Source: an uncultured delta proteobacterium (lineage in GTDB: Bacteria > Desulfobacterota > Desulfobacteria > Desulfobacterales > QNYZ01). From it: a stretch of 64,000 nucleotides of DNA. Position numbers and translations under genes: made by a program. The DNA lies in NCBI GenBank assembly GCA_963845145.1, contig CAWJQU010000005.1, positions 224,001 to 288,000 of the forward strand, written 5' to 3'. The notes under the pieces were generated by a model. That model did not search any database. It worked only from the letters and a program-made list of their open reading frames with translations, and was not told the DNA's origin. Positions 51,270 to 60,617 of this stretch are shown here, piece by piece; position 1 is the stretch's first letter, and the number at the start of each line of letters is the position of its first letter.

Positions 51270-51788
51270 ATGAAGAACCTCGTCTTATTGATCGTCATCG
51301 TCGTGGTCGTTGCTTCGGGTGCTTATGTGGGCCTGACCTACTACGACGATAATTTTAAATACGGTCGTATGTGGGAAACGCCTGCCATTCGCCCCCATGA
51401 AGAACCGTTGCCCATCATGACACCCGGCCTCGTTCCCTTCACCGGCGGCGATGCTGTTTATGCGGCTTGGCCGGAGGAAGATTTAAAATCACCCCTCAAT
51501 ATGACCGCCCTTCAAAACATTGAGCGGGGAAAAAATGCCTATGTTCTCTATTGTGCCCAATGCCATGGGAAAAAACATGACGGCAACGGGACCGTCGGAC
51601 AAAGTTTTGCGCCGTTGCCCTCGGACTTAAGGACCGCCAAGGTTCAAGCGCGATCTGAAGGGAGCCTGTTTAAGGAGATCAGTTTCGGCAAACCCGATGG
51701 CCGACAGCCGGCATTGGCCACCACCATCGATCCGAATGACCGTTGGCGAATTGTCGCCTATGTGAAATCATTGGGATCCCGTCCATAA
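51270..51788 (+). CDS. Monoheme cytochrome c (ActE-like)
   Basis: CAQCH, GNGTVG, DRWRIVAYV. Confidence 0.75.
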   Translation: MKNLVLLIVIVVVVASGAYVGLTYYDDNFKYGRMWETPAIRPHEEPLPIMTPGLVPFTGGDAVYAAWPEEDLKSPLNMTALQNIERGKNAYVLYCAQCHGKKHDGNGTVGQSFAPLPSDLRTAKVQARSEGSLFKEISFGKPDGRQPALATTIDPNDRWRIVAYVKSLGSRP

Positions 51789-51793
51789 CATCA

Positions 51794-54346
51794 GTGAAAA
51801 ATCCATCCACGGATTCCTGCGATCTATGCGGGTTGCCACTTCGTCACGGATCTTTTTCGCTAACGCTTTTCGAACGCACCTACTTTTTCTGTTGCCGAGG
51901 GTGTCAGCAGGTTTTTCGAATTCTTAGTGAAGCTTCGGATTCATCCAGCCGCCTGATTCATCCAACCGCTGATTCATCCAACAGGGCTGATTCACCCAAC
52001 CTGGCTGATTTTAAACAATCCACGTTATTTAAAAAATGTCAGGCGTTGGGAATTATTCCACGTTCGGAAAAGGACCTCCTCCCAAAAGGGGACGAACCGA
52101 TCCCATCAATCTCAAATGAGCCGGGCCAGGCTCAATCGCACTTTAAGTCCGATAGCCATTCGGCCACCGACCCCAATCGTTTACCATTGTATCTCAATAT
52201 AGCCGGCATGTGGTGCCCTGCCTGCGCCTGGGTGATTGAGGAGGCTGTTAAAAAAGAGCCGGGCGTATCGCAGGCCACCTGTTATTTTTCGACGGACAGA
52301 TTCCGCTGTGAATATGATCCGGTCCGTACCTCCCCCAAAAAGATAACCGCCGCTATTCATCAGTTGGGCTACGGGGCCGCGTCTGATTGCGACGGGGCCC
52401 AATCGTTATGGAAAAAAAAGGAGTTTCTTCGGTTCGTTGTATCCGCCTTTCTGACCATGAATATCATGATGTTGTCCTTTGCGCTCTATTCCGGTTTTTT
52501 AACCGAATTATCTCAATTTGACATTCGCATGATATCATGGCCGATCTTCGTCATGGCCGCTGTGGTCTTTTTTTATGGCGGTATCAGAATCCATCGCCGG
52601 GCGTTATCCGGATTCAGGGCAACGGCCTTTGGTATGGAAACCCTGATCAGCGTGGGATCTTCGGTGGCTTTTTTTTATAGCGCCTATAATTTCATGCGGG
52701 GCAGTATGCATGTTTACTTCGATACGGCGGCCATGTTGATTACCCTTGTTTTACTGGGAAAAACATTGGAAACCAGGGCGAAGGATGCAGTCACAAGCGA
52801 TCTGGATACCTTTTTCTCATTGCGTCCCAAGAAGGTTCGCCTCTGCGGGGATGCATACCCGCGTGGCCGCTATGTTTCGGCCGATCAGTTAGAGACTGGA
52901 GATATGTTTCTAATCGAAACCGATGAAAGTGCCGCTGCGGATGGCATCGTTGTGGAGGGAACCGGTGCCCTGGACGAATCATCCCTAACCGGTGAAGCCC
53001 GTCCCGTGGATAAACAACCCGGTGACCTGGTTCGCAGTGGATCCACCGTCATCAAGGGCAAGTTAAAGATCCGCGCCCAACAGGTTGGTGATGAATCGAT
53101 ATTAGGCCAGATGATCCGCATTATGGAAAAAACACTTGAACAACGTACGCCCTTGGAGGGCAGGACCGACCGGTTGCTGCAGTGGTTTGTGCCCGGTGTC
53201 ATCCTGGTGGCAATGGCGACCGGTCTCGGCTGGTATTTATTCGGTACAACAGCGGAAAATGCCCTGATTCGATCGGTGACGGTCCTGGTGATATCTTGCC
53301 CCTGTGCCTTGGGAATCGCCATTCCCTTGACCCGTGTGGCCGGTATTGCTGTTGCCGCCCGACATGGGATGCTGATACGGGACTTTTCCAGCTTCGAGCG
53401 GACAACCGCGATCAGCGATATCGTTTTCGATAAAACCGGTACCGTCACCCATGGACAGTGGAAATTGGTTCGAACGTTGATTCATAAGCCGTTTATAAAA
53501 AATGATGTGCTAGCCCTGGCTGCCGGCCTGGAAGCCCATTCAGACCACTACATCGCCCTGGCGATTCAACGGCATGCCCGCGCAAAAAAGATCATTCCCG
53601 CCACTTTTGACCATGCCGAAATCGCTGAAAACGGTGTGGCGGGTGATATCGGCGGAAAAAAAATCAGGATCGGCGCCTGGGCCTTTACGCACCCTGAGAA
53701 ACCCAAAAGCCATATTACCCAAGACGCAACGGATGCCGGGGAAGAAGGGTATACTTCAAGGGTCTATGTGACCATAAACGGTGACACCGCTGCAACCTTC
53801 GAATTTGGCGACAGCCTCAAAGATGGCGCCCGGGAGACGGTCGAAGCCCTGCATGACATGGGCTATGCAACCGCTCTCGTTTCCGGTGATGAAGACCGAA
53901 TCACCCAAATCATCGGCCGCGCCATCGGCATCGGCCGGTCCACCGGCGGCATGCTGCCCACGGACAAAGCCAATATCCTCCAAGAACTTAGAACCAGTGG
54001 GCGCAGCGTGGCTATGGTGGGTGATGGCATAAACGACGCGCCGGCCCTGGCCCAATCGGACCTGGCCCTGGCGGTCCACGGCAACTATTTGTTGGGGAAA
54101 GAGGCCGCCGACGTATCCCTCATGCGGGGGGATCCAAGGCAGGTCCTGGATTTTATAAAACTCGCCGGTCGAGTCAATCGCAAGATCCATCAAAACTTTT
54201 TCGGGGCATTTTTTTATAATATTATCAGTATTCCCATCGCCATTAGTGGTATGCTGACGCCGCTGGTGGCGGTTAGCGCCATGCTGTTGAGTAGCCTGAG
54301 TGTTATCGGCAACACATTGTTGTTGATAAAAACCAAGCATCTGTGA
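51794..54346 (+). CDS. ccoI: P1B-type heavy-metal ATPase (CcoI/FixI-like)
   Basis: CDLC..CCRGC, GMWCPAC, TGE, CPC, DKTGT, GDGINDAP. Confidence 0.85.
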   Translation: MKNPSTDSCDLCGLPLRHGSFSLTLFERTYFFCCRGCQQVFRILSEASDSSSRLIHPTADSSNRADSPNLADFKQSTLFKKCQALGIIPRSEKDLLPKGDEPIPSISNEPGQAQSHFKSDSHSATDPNRLPLYLNIAGMWCPACAWVIEEAVKKEPGVSQATCYFSTDRFRCEYDPVRTSPKKITAAIHQLGYGAASDCDGAQSLWKKKEFLRFVVSAFLTMNIMMLSFALYSGFLTELSQFDIRMISWPIFVMAAVVFFYGGIRIHRRALSGFRATAFGMETLISVGSSVAFFYSAYNFMRGSMHVYFDTAAMLITLVLLGKTLETRAKDAVTSDLDTFFSLRPKKVRLCGDAYPRGRYVSADQLETGDMFLIETDESAAADGIVVEGTGALDESSLTGEARPVDKQPGDLVRSGSTVIKGKLKIRAQQVGDESILGQMIRIMEKTLEQRTPLEGRTDRLLQWFVPGVILVAMATGLGWYLFGTTAENALIRSVTVLVISCPCALGIAIPLTRVAGIAVAARHGMLIRDFSSFERTTAISDIVFDKTGTVTHGQWKLVRTLIHKPFIKNDVLALAAGLEAHSDHYIALAIQRHARAKKIIPATFDHAEIAENGVAGDIGGKKIRIGAWAFTHPEKPKSHITQDATDAGEEGYTSRVYVTINGDTAATFEFGDSLKDGARETVEALHDMGYATALVSGDEDRITQIIGRAIGIGRSTGGMLPTDKANILQELRTSGRSVAMVGDGINDAPALAQSDLALAVHGNYLLGKEAADVSLMRGDPRQVLDFIKLAGRVNRKIHQNFFGAFFYNIISIPIAISGMLTPLVAVSAMLLSSLSVIGNTLLLIKTKHL

Positions 54347-54384
54347 TTTTAAGCGGTCAAACATATCGCTTTGATGGACCGAAC

Positions 54385-55110
54385 ATGACCATACCGGAAC
54401 ACCCCATTAAAAATAACTTCGATGATACCGAAGTGGCCAAATTTGTATTTCTAAAAGACCGCTGGTGGGATCCCAACGGGGATTTCCTGGCCCTCCACGA
54501 CATCAATCCGGTCCGACTCGATTATATCCATCATCGCGCCGGACTTTCTGAAAAATCGGTGCTGGACGTGGGCTGTGGCGGCGGGATTCTGGCCGAGGCC
54601 ATGGATAGAAAGGGGGGGAATGTCACCGGTATCGATTTATCCCACCCGGCTCTTTTGGCAGCCAAAGGCCATGCGGACCAATCCGGCCTTTCAATCAATT
54701 ATGCCTGTATCACCGCCGAAAACTTCGCCGCGTCGGCCCGCGGCCGGTTTGATATCGTTACCTGCATGGAGCTTATTGAGCATGTCCCCGATCCCGCGTC
54801 ATTGATACAAGCCTGCGGCCATTTAACCCGACCGGATGGCGATGTTTTTTTTGCCACCGTCAACCGGACACCTTTGGCCTATCTGTTGGTAATTCTGGCC
54901 GCCGAGCACATCTTCGGCATCATCCGTAAAGGTATGCACAGCTACAGGAAGTTTGTACGGCCCAAAGAGTTGCAACAATGGGGCGAAGCGGCCGGTCTGG
55001 TGCTCCAGGATTTATCCGGTTTGCGATACCTGCCCCTTATTCGAAAAAGTGGCTTGTGCCGGAGTGTCTCCATGAACTATATGATGCATTTTAAAAAGAT
55101 GACAAAATAA
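54385..55110 (+). CDS. ubiG: UbiG-like O-methyltransferase
   Basis: WWDPNG..LHDINPVR, DVGCGGGIL, EHVPDP. Confidence 0.85.
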   Translation: MTIPEHPIKNNFDDTEVAKFVFLKDRWWDPNGDFLALHDINPVRLDYIHHRAGLSEKSVLDVGCGGGILAEAMDRKGGNVTGIDLSHPALLAAKGHADQSGLSINYACITAENFAASARGRFDIVTCMELIEHVPDPASLIQACGHLTRPDGDVFFATVNRTPLAYLLVILAAEHIFGIIRKGMHSYRKFVRPKELQQWGEAAGLVLQDLSGLRYLPLIRKSGLCRSVSMNYMMHFKKMTK

Positions 55111-55195
55111 CACCACAAAGACACCAGGGCAAAAAGAGAAAATGTTGTTTGAAGTAGAATGATATTATAATCTTTGTACCTTTGTGATTTAGTGG
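55111..55195. repeat. Degenerate inverted short-repeat element
   Basis: CACCACAAAGACACCAGG ... CTTTGTACCTTTGTGATTTAGTGG. Confidence 0.55.
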
Positions 55196-55221
55196 CTGAA
55201 AATAGGAATTAAGGACAATTT

Positions 55222-56037
55222 ATGGCATCCTGGAAAAAAACCGGCTGGTTTGACGCCCATAAAAGAAAAGAACAGCTTGATGAACATATAGAGCGTACCG
55301 GTGTTGCCCGTTGGGGGAATAAAAAAGTTAAAAAAGCGGATAAAGTAACCACGGTTGCCGGTCATTTTAACCGGGTCGCTCCTAAATATGATCTGATGAA
55401 CTCCATATTGAGCATGGGCCTGCAGCACCCTTGGAAACGCGCTTCGGTCCGGATGATGAATATTCGGAAAGGTTATCGGGTCATCGATGTATGCGGCGGG
55501 ACAGGAGACTTGGCTATTTTAGCTGCACGTCGAGCGGGGCCGTCGGGCCTGGTTACGATTTATGACTTCAACCGGGCCATGATGAATGCCGGGCGTCCCA
55601 AAACCGACCCAAGCGAAAAAAGGGCCCCCATCACTTTTGTTCAGGGCGATGCGGAGTGCATTGCCTTTCCGGACAACACCTTTGATGCCGCCATGGTGGG
55701 TTTCGGCATTCGCAACGTGACCCATCTCAAAAAAGGGTTCAGCGAGATGCATCGCGTCCTTCGCCCTGGTGGTAAAATCATGTGCCTCGATTTTTCGAAA
55801 CCGACCAATCCCATCTTTCGAGGACTATACGATTTTTATTCGTTTAACGTGATGCCCTTTTTAGGTGGGTTGATCGTCGGGTCGGCGCAATCTTATGCCT
55901 GCCTGTCGGAAACCATCCGCATGTTTCCCCTTCCCGATGAATTGACGGCGATACTAGAAAAAATCGGTTTTAAGAAGGTCCATTATCAACGCATGACCAA
56001 CGGCATTGCCGTGGCCCATGTGGGAACAAAGATGTAA
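55222..56037 (+). CDS. ubiE: Ubiquinone/menaquinone C-methyltransferase
   Basis: KYDLMN, GGTGD, FGIRNV, RVLRPGG. Confidence 0.9.
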   Translation: MASWKKTGWFDAHKRKEQLDEHIERTGVARWGNKKVKKADKVTTVAGHFNRVAPKYDLMNSILSMGLQHPWKRASVRMMNIRKGYRVIDVCGGTGDLAILAARRAGPSGLVTIYDFNRAMMNAGRPKTDPSEKRAPITFVQGDAECIAFPDNTFDAAMVGFGIRNVTHLKKGFSEMHRVLRPGGKIMCLDFSKPTNPIFRGLYDFYSFNVMPFLGGLIVGSAQSYACLSETIRMFPLPDELTAILEKIGFKKVHYQRMTNGIAVAHVGTKM

Positions 56038-56077
56038 TCTTTGGCAGGCATGGCCCTGTGCCCATGGACAATCTTAG

Positions 56078-57892
56078 TTATTGTTCTTCAAAACGCCAGA
56101 AAGGGTAATCCAGAGCATATTCCGCTACCCGTCCTGGATTGTTCTCACGGCTGGCGACAACCCACAACACACTTTTGCGATGCTGCTCGGTGACAGGTGA
56201 CAAGGGATCCCAATCCGGCATCAGAACCATGGCGTTGTCGGCACTATACTCAATTTCGCCGGATTCCTTGAATGAGCCCAAATCCGGCCTCTCCCCATAG
56301 CCGCCACCTTTACCTCGAGTCAATTCACTGACCACAAGAAAACCGGCCGATAGTTCGTCACGGATGGACTCAAATTGCCGCAACCAGGAATCAATCCCGT
56401 TACGACGTTCGGTGAGATCTTTAAACGGCAGTTTATGCAAGCTGTCAATAACGATCAGGAGTTCATCTTTGTCGGTTTCATGTTTAATGAAATCGATATG
56501 ACGCCGCATGGTGTCTGCCGTAATTTTGCGGTCCGTCACAACACGAAAGTATTTAAGCATGCGTTCGAATTCGGCCCAGACCTGTTCAAGGGTTTTGGCC
56601 TCTTCGGGATTCAAATCCCCCCTGCGGATCCTTTTCTCGGGGATACCGCTCAAACGTACCAAGGTCCTTAAATAAATTTTCTGACGGCCGTTTTCGAAAT
56701 CATAGTAAATTACCGGGATGTTGCGCCGGGCCACTTCCGTGGAAATTTGCATGAAAAAGCAGGATTTTCCAGCTTTGGGCGGACCGCCCATGATATTGAT
56801 ACCCCGCAAACCCTCCAAAGCGGTGTCTAAACGCTTAAACCCCGTTTCAATCCCCAGTAGATCCTTACCTTTCTCCTTTTCCAGAAAGTCCATGAGTCGG
56901 CGGCGTTCTTTTGCCACTGAGACAAAAGGTGAGAAAGGCCGAGAGTCTTTGATCATCATGGATACTACTTTTGCGGTGTCTACCGACTTATTGGCCGCCA
57001 GTTGGGCCAGATGATCACCCCGATCCATGTCCATGTGTGACGGCCAGGTCAGGATGCGCGCTTTAAAGCCTAGCTGAACAGCCAGGTCCCTGGCCGCCAT
57101 TCTTGCTTCGGGAACGTTGGTTACCATGAGAAAAATATGATTGATTTTGGCTAAACGTTCCGGCACGATCTCCGTTAAATCACCGGCTGTAGGTACGGCA
57201 ATGGCCGGATATCCAAGTTGTTTGAGAATGAGCAGGTTCAGTTCCCCGTTGGTAATAACGAGTGCGCCGCCTTTGCAGCGATGGATTTCTTGGGCGTTGA
57301 ATACTTTAAATTCTCCCTGGGCGAAATCTTTATTGCCATGCCAGATATGGTCATCTTCATTACCCGGAATAACGCCATGGGCGGCAAAAGCATAGCCATT
57401 ATCCTGTACATAGGGATAGAGGATATAGCGCCCATTAAAGCCAATCTTCATCTCTTTTACAATCGCCGGGGAAATACCGTACTCGGAAAAGTAATCGAAT
57501 TGATCTTGCCCAAAAAGAGGAATAAATTGCTCTATTTCAACCTGCAGGTTTGTGTTGGGGTAATCGGCATAGATTACATACTCCTCATCATCGGGATCAA
57601 AGCCAGGCACCTCGCTCGACTGAATACCCATTTGTTTCGCAAAATGGAAATGGAATCCCCCTGTCACACAACCTTTATCACACCGAAAGAAGCCTCGAAA
57701 ATAGCTCTCAGGGTTGAGATTGACGCTAAGGGTACCCTGGTCTTTCATATTTTTCTTTTCGCAAATAGGACAACGAGTAACCGGTTGATGTCCCTTCATC
57801 ACGGCGCCATGCAAATGCGCCCGATAGAAAGCCTTGATTTTTTCAAATGGAATCATGGCACCATCCCTTACACAGAGGATGATCCGTGTCAA
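56078..57892 (-). CDS. Zn-finger + degenerate TOPRIM + DnaB/SF4 helicase
   Basis: CPIC..C..C; ITNGELN; GPPKAGKS; IDSL; SELTR; KESGEIEYSAD. Confidence 0.75.
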   Translation of the reverse strand: MTRIILCVRDGAMIPFEKIKAFYRAHLHGAVMKGHQPVTRCPICEKKNMKDQGTLSVNLNPESYFRGFFRCDKGCVTGGFHFHFAKQMGIQSSEVPGFDPDDEEYVIYADYPNTNLQVEIEQFIPLFGQDQFDYFSEYGISPAIVKEMKIGFNGRYILYPYVQDNGYAFAAHGVIPGNEDDHIWHGNKDFAQGEFKVFNAQEIHRCKGGALVITNGELNLLILKQLGYPAIAVPTAGDLTEIVPERLAKINHIFLMVTNVPEARMAARDLAVQLGFKARILTWPSHMDMDRGDHLAQLAANKSVDTAKVVSMMIKDSRPFSPFVSVAKERRRLMDFLEKEKGKDLLGIETGFKRLDTALEGLRGINIMGGPPKAGKSCFFMQISTEVARRNIPVIYYDFENGRQKIYLRTLVRLSGIPEKRIRRGDLNPEEAKTLEQVWAEFERMLKYFRVVTDRKITADTMRRHIDFIKHETDKDELLIVIDSLHKLPFKDLTERRNGIDSWLRQFESIRDELSAGFLVVSELTRGKGGGYGERPDLGSFKESGEIEYSADNAMVLMPDWDPLSPVTEQHRKSVLWVVASRENNPGRVAEYALDYPFWRFEEQ

Positions 57893-58016
57893 TATCCATT
57901 TATATTCGGTTTACGGTTGACAATGGTATGAATGCTTTTACCTTTAGATTGTTAGCATCCTTACGATGCTTGAGCAAAAATCATTTGAAAGAACCTAAAA
58001 AATATAAGGTGAAATC

Positions 58017-58160
58017 ATGACTTTTTCAGATAAAGAACACTCATATATAGAATCCGATGAAGAAAGAGAAGAGGGCCATACCGATACCCGGCATCACAAT
58101 CTTGAATGTGAGTCGAAATCATCCCTTGGCTGCGATCCGAAAGTAGACGTGGCCGGTTAG
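58017..58160 (+). CDS. 47-aa acidic small protein
   Basis: AAGGTG RBS; TTGACA at 57917; followed by a terminator. Confidence 0.5.
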   Translation: MTFSDKEHSYIESDEEREEGHTDTRHHNLECESKSSLGCDPKVDVAG

Positions 58161-58184
58161 GGATTTTTCCAATATCAATCAATC

Positions 58185-58218
58185 AAAGGCAGGGCTAAAA
58201 ATGGTCCTGCCTTTTTTT
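58185..58218 (+). terminator. Intrinsic terminator
   Basis: AAAGGCAGG...CCTGCC followed by TTTTTTT. Confidence 0.75.
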
Positions 58219-58343
58219 ATTGCACAACCGGACAAGTGGTCAAATTACGATACCCCTCCATCTTTGAATCATTCGGGCAGACTCGCTGCGCACTACAAGG
58301 TAAAACCCTCATCTCTTTTTCCATTACCACATAGACGCCTCAT

Positions 58344-58907
58344 TTGACCCTTTTCGCCAAATCTGGCAACATGCCTATTGTTAACAAATTGGTTGAAACG
58401 CCTGTTTTAAATTTATCCATATCAGTGAGGGCGGGAACACTCATGGTCGTCGTTAATCGAATCAGCCGTTTCAAGCGTCCGGCTCTTTTATTCCTCGTTT
58501 TTACCTCTTTAAGTTTGTTTTTATTTCCCATGGTGGTTCACGCAGACAAAGGCCACCGCAAACAAGTCAACTGCAACCTGCACCACGGGGCCTGCACGCA
58601 GCGTATCGAAGATACGGATGTTACGCTTGAGGTGACACCGCGTCCGGTGGAAGCCATGAAAAACCTCATTTTTAAGGTAACCCTATTCGGCATGGGTGGC
58701 ACACCGTCGAAGCCACCGACCATTGACCTGAACATGCCGAAAATGAAGATGGGAAAAAACCGGGTGAAGATGGAAGCCGTTGCACCCAATGTGTATGAGG
58801 GCAAAGGCGTCATTGTTAAATGTGCCAGCGGTCATCGGGTCTGGCAGGCCACGGTGATGGTGCCGGATCTGGGCCAAGCAGATTTTATTTTCGATGTTAT
58901 TTACTGA
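58344..58907 (+). CDS. Exported FixH/YtkA-like protein (true start probably downstream)
   Basis: IDLNMPKMKMG..YEGKG..C; coupled to the DsbD-like gene. Confidence 0.55.
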   Translation: MTLFAKSGNMPIVNKLVETPVLNLSISVRAGTLMVVVNRISRFKRPALLFLVFTSLSLFLFPMVVHADKGHRKQVNCNLHHGACTQRIEDTDVTLEVTPRPVEAMKNLIFKVTLFGMGGTPSKPPTIDLNMPKMKMGKNRVKMEAVAPNVYEGKGVIVKCASGHRVWQATVMVPDLGQADFIFDVIY

Positions 58908-59586
58908 TACACTGATCCCGATCTATCTGGTTACCGGATTTACGGTTGGTTTTGGGCATTGCATCGGCATGTGCGGGCCAATTGTGGTCTCTTTTTCTTT
59001 GAACCTGGGAAAGGGAAACATCTACCTGCCCCACGGCCTGTATCATTTCGGCCGCATTCTTACCTATACGATACTGGGTGGGATCATGGGCGTCACCGGA
59101 TCTTTTACCGCCGTCACCGCCCACATGGCCGGCATTCAAAAGGGCGTGTTTATTTTTACCGGCCTGATGATTGTGGTCATGGGGTTTGTCATGACCGGCT
59201 GGCTACCCGCAATGAAGTTATTTGGCGATTACGCCAATCCGGCCGGTTTTATTTCTACAGGGTTTCGAAACCTCTTAAAAAAAGCCTCCGCGGTAACGTT
59301 TTTACCGTTGGGATTGCTATTGGGACTTTTGCCTTGCGGACCCGTATACACAGCTTTGATCGGTACGGCCAGAGTCGGTATGGAGGCTGCAACACCTGCT
59401 GAGGGTATCCTTTCCGGCATGGGCCTGATGGCGGCTTTCGGTATCGGTACCGTTCCGGCCCTGATCCTGGTGGGGCGATTGGCAAATATGACCTGGCTGA
59501 AAAAGCGCAAAATCATTTACCAGATCGGGGCCATCCTGATGATATTGGTGGGGATCGGTTTTGTTTTCAAGGCCATCCGATTCTAA
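58894..59586 (+). CDS. DsbD_2/TauE-like membrane protein (cbb3 maturation-associated)
   Basis: HCIGMCGP, GLLPCGPVY, FGIGTVP. Confidence 0.85.
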   Translation: MLFTDTLIPIYLVTGFTVGFGHCIGMCGPIVVSFSLNLGKGNIYLPHGLYHFGRILTYTILGGIMGVTGSFTAVTAHMAGIQKGVFIFTGLMIVVMGFVMTGWLPAMKLFGDYANPAGFISTGFRNLLKKASAVTFLPLGLLLGLLPCGPVYTALIGTARVGMEAATPAEGILSGMGLMAAFGIGTVPALILVGRLANMTWLKKRKIIYQIGAILMILVGIGFVFKAIRF

Positions 59587-59609
59587 TTCCGTTAAAAAAA
59601 GGAATTCAG

Positions 59610-60554
59610 CTAAACAGTTATAAAGTGAATTAGAACAATGCCTAAAATCACAGCGGGGTAGTAGCTAGCCCGGTTGAACAGCACCATGGCGTCACTACGC
59701 TGTTTGGATGCGCCCAGGGCTAGAACGGGCAGCAGAAGAAAATAGATATTACCCGCAACGGCCAGAATGAACACATAAAGACTAAATGCCATCGGGGAAA
59801 CAAAAAGAATAAGGAGGCTTAAAGGAAGCGCCAGGACAAGCGCGCTGAGCGCAATAACACTGGCGCGTTCAAGGCCGAATTTGACAACAATCGTCTGGGC
59901 CTGAAAGCGCCGGTCCTCTTCGATATCGGTCCAGTCCGCCGGTATATTCTGTCCGCCGATTTCCCAAAAAAAAATCCATAAAAACAACACGGTAAGAAAT
60001 ACGTAAGATGGCGTAGAGGTGACGGCAGCCACCGCAGCCAGGGGGCCGCAGGTTTTAACGGCACCGTTGACAACGGTACGAAAAGGGGTTGTTCGCCATA
60101 AGCGACAATAGATGATCTCCAGGCCAAAACCACCCAAAAAAATAAAAACACAGACGGGATTTAAAATATAGGCCCCGATTAATGCGGCGATGCTCCACAG
60201 GATGACCCAGACAATTCCCTGATACAAGCTGATCACGCCCTTAGCCATGGGATGCCGAATCATCACACCGTCGATATATACCTCGGCGTCATCATATCCG
60301 CCGGCACGCACTTTTTTCACGTCGTTGCGATAATCTACCACATCATTTAATGCGTAGACGGCCGTATAACCGGCAAAAGCGGTGATGAGCCCCAAGATCA
60401 TCACCCCCGTGGATGGAAATCCGCCCAGAGCTAGTAAGGCTGCCAGGATGGGGGCGGCCATATCCAGCAGTGCGTGAGGTGTTCTGGATAGGGCCCAAAA
60501 CGGCTTGATTTTCACCAACCAATCGCGGTACCGTGAGACCAATGGTGTGATCAT
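59610..60554 (-). CDS. UbiA-family prenyltransferase
   Basis: NDVVDYRND, DIEED; multi-TM. Confidence 0.8.
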   Translation of the reverse strand: MITPLVSRYRDWLVKIKPFWALSRTPHALLDMAAPILAALLALGGFPSTGVMILGLITAFAGYTAVYALNDVVDYRNDVKKVRAGGYDDAEVYIDGVMIRHPMAKGVISLYQGIVWVILWSIAALIGAYILNPVCVFIFLGGFGLEIIYCRLWRTTPFRTVVNGAVKTCGPLAAVAAVTSTPSYVFLTVLFLWIFFWEIGGQNIPADWTDIEEDRRFQAQTIVVKFGLERASVIALSALVLALPLSLLILFVSPMAFSLYVFILAVAGNIYFLLLPVLALGASKQRSDAMVLFNRASYYPAVILGIVLIHFITV

Positions 60555-60617
60555 GACTGTTTTCCCGTATGGTTGTGGCCCTGTTTAATAGAAAGTATCT
60601 GATTCATCAATTTCTCA

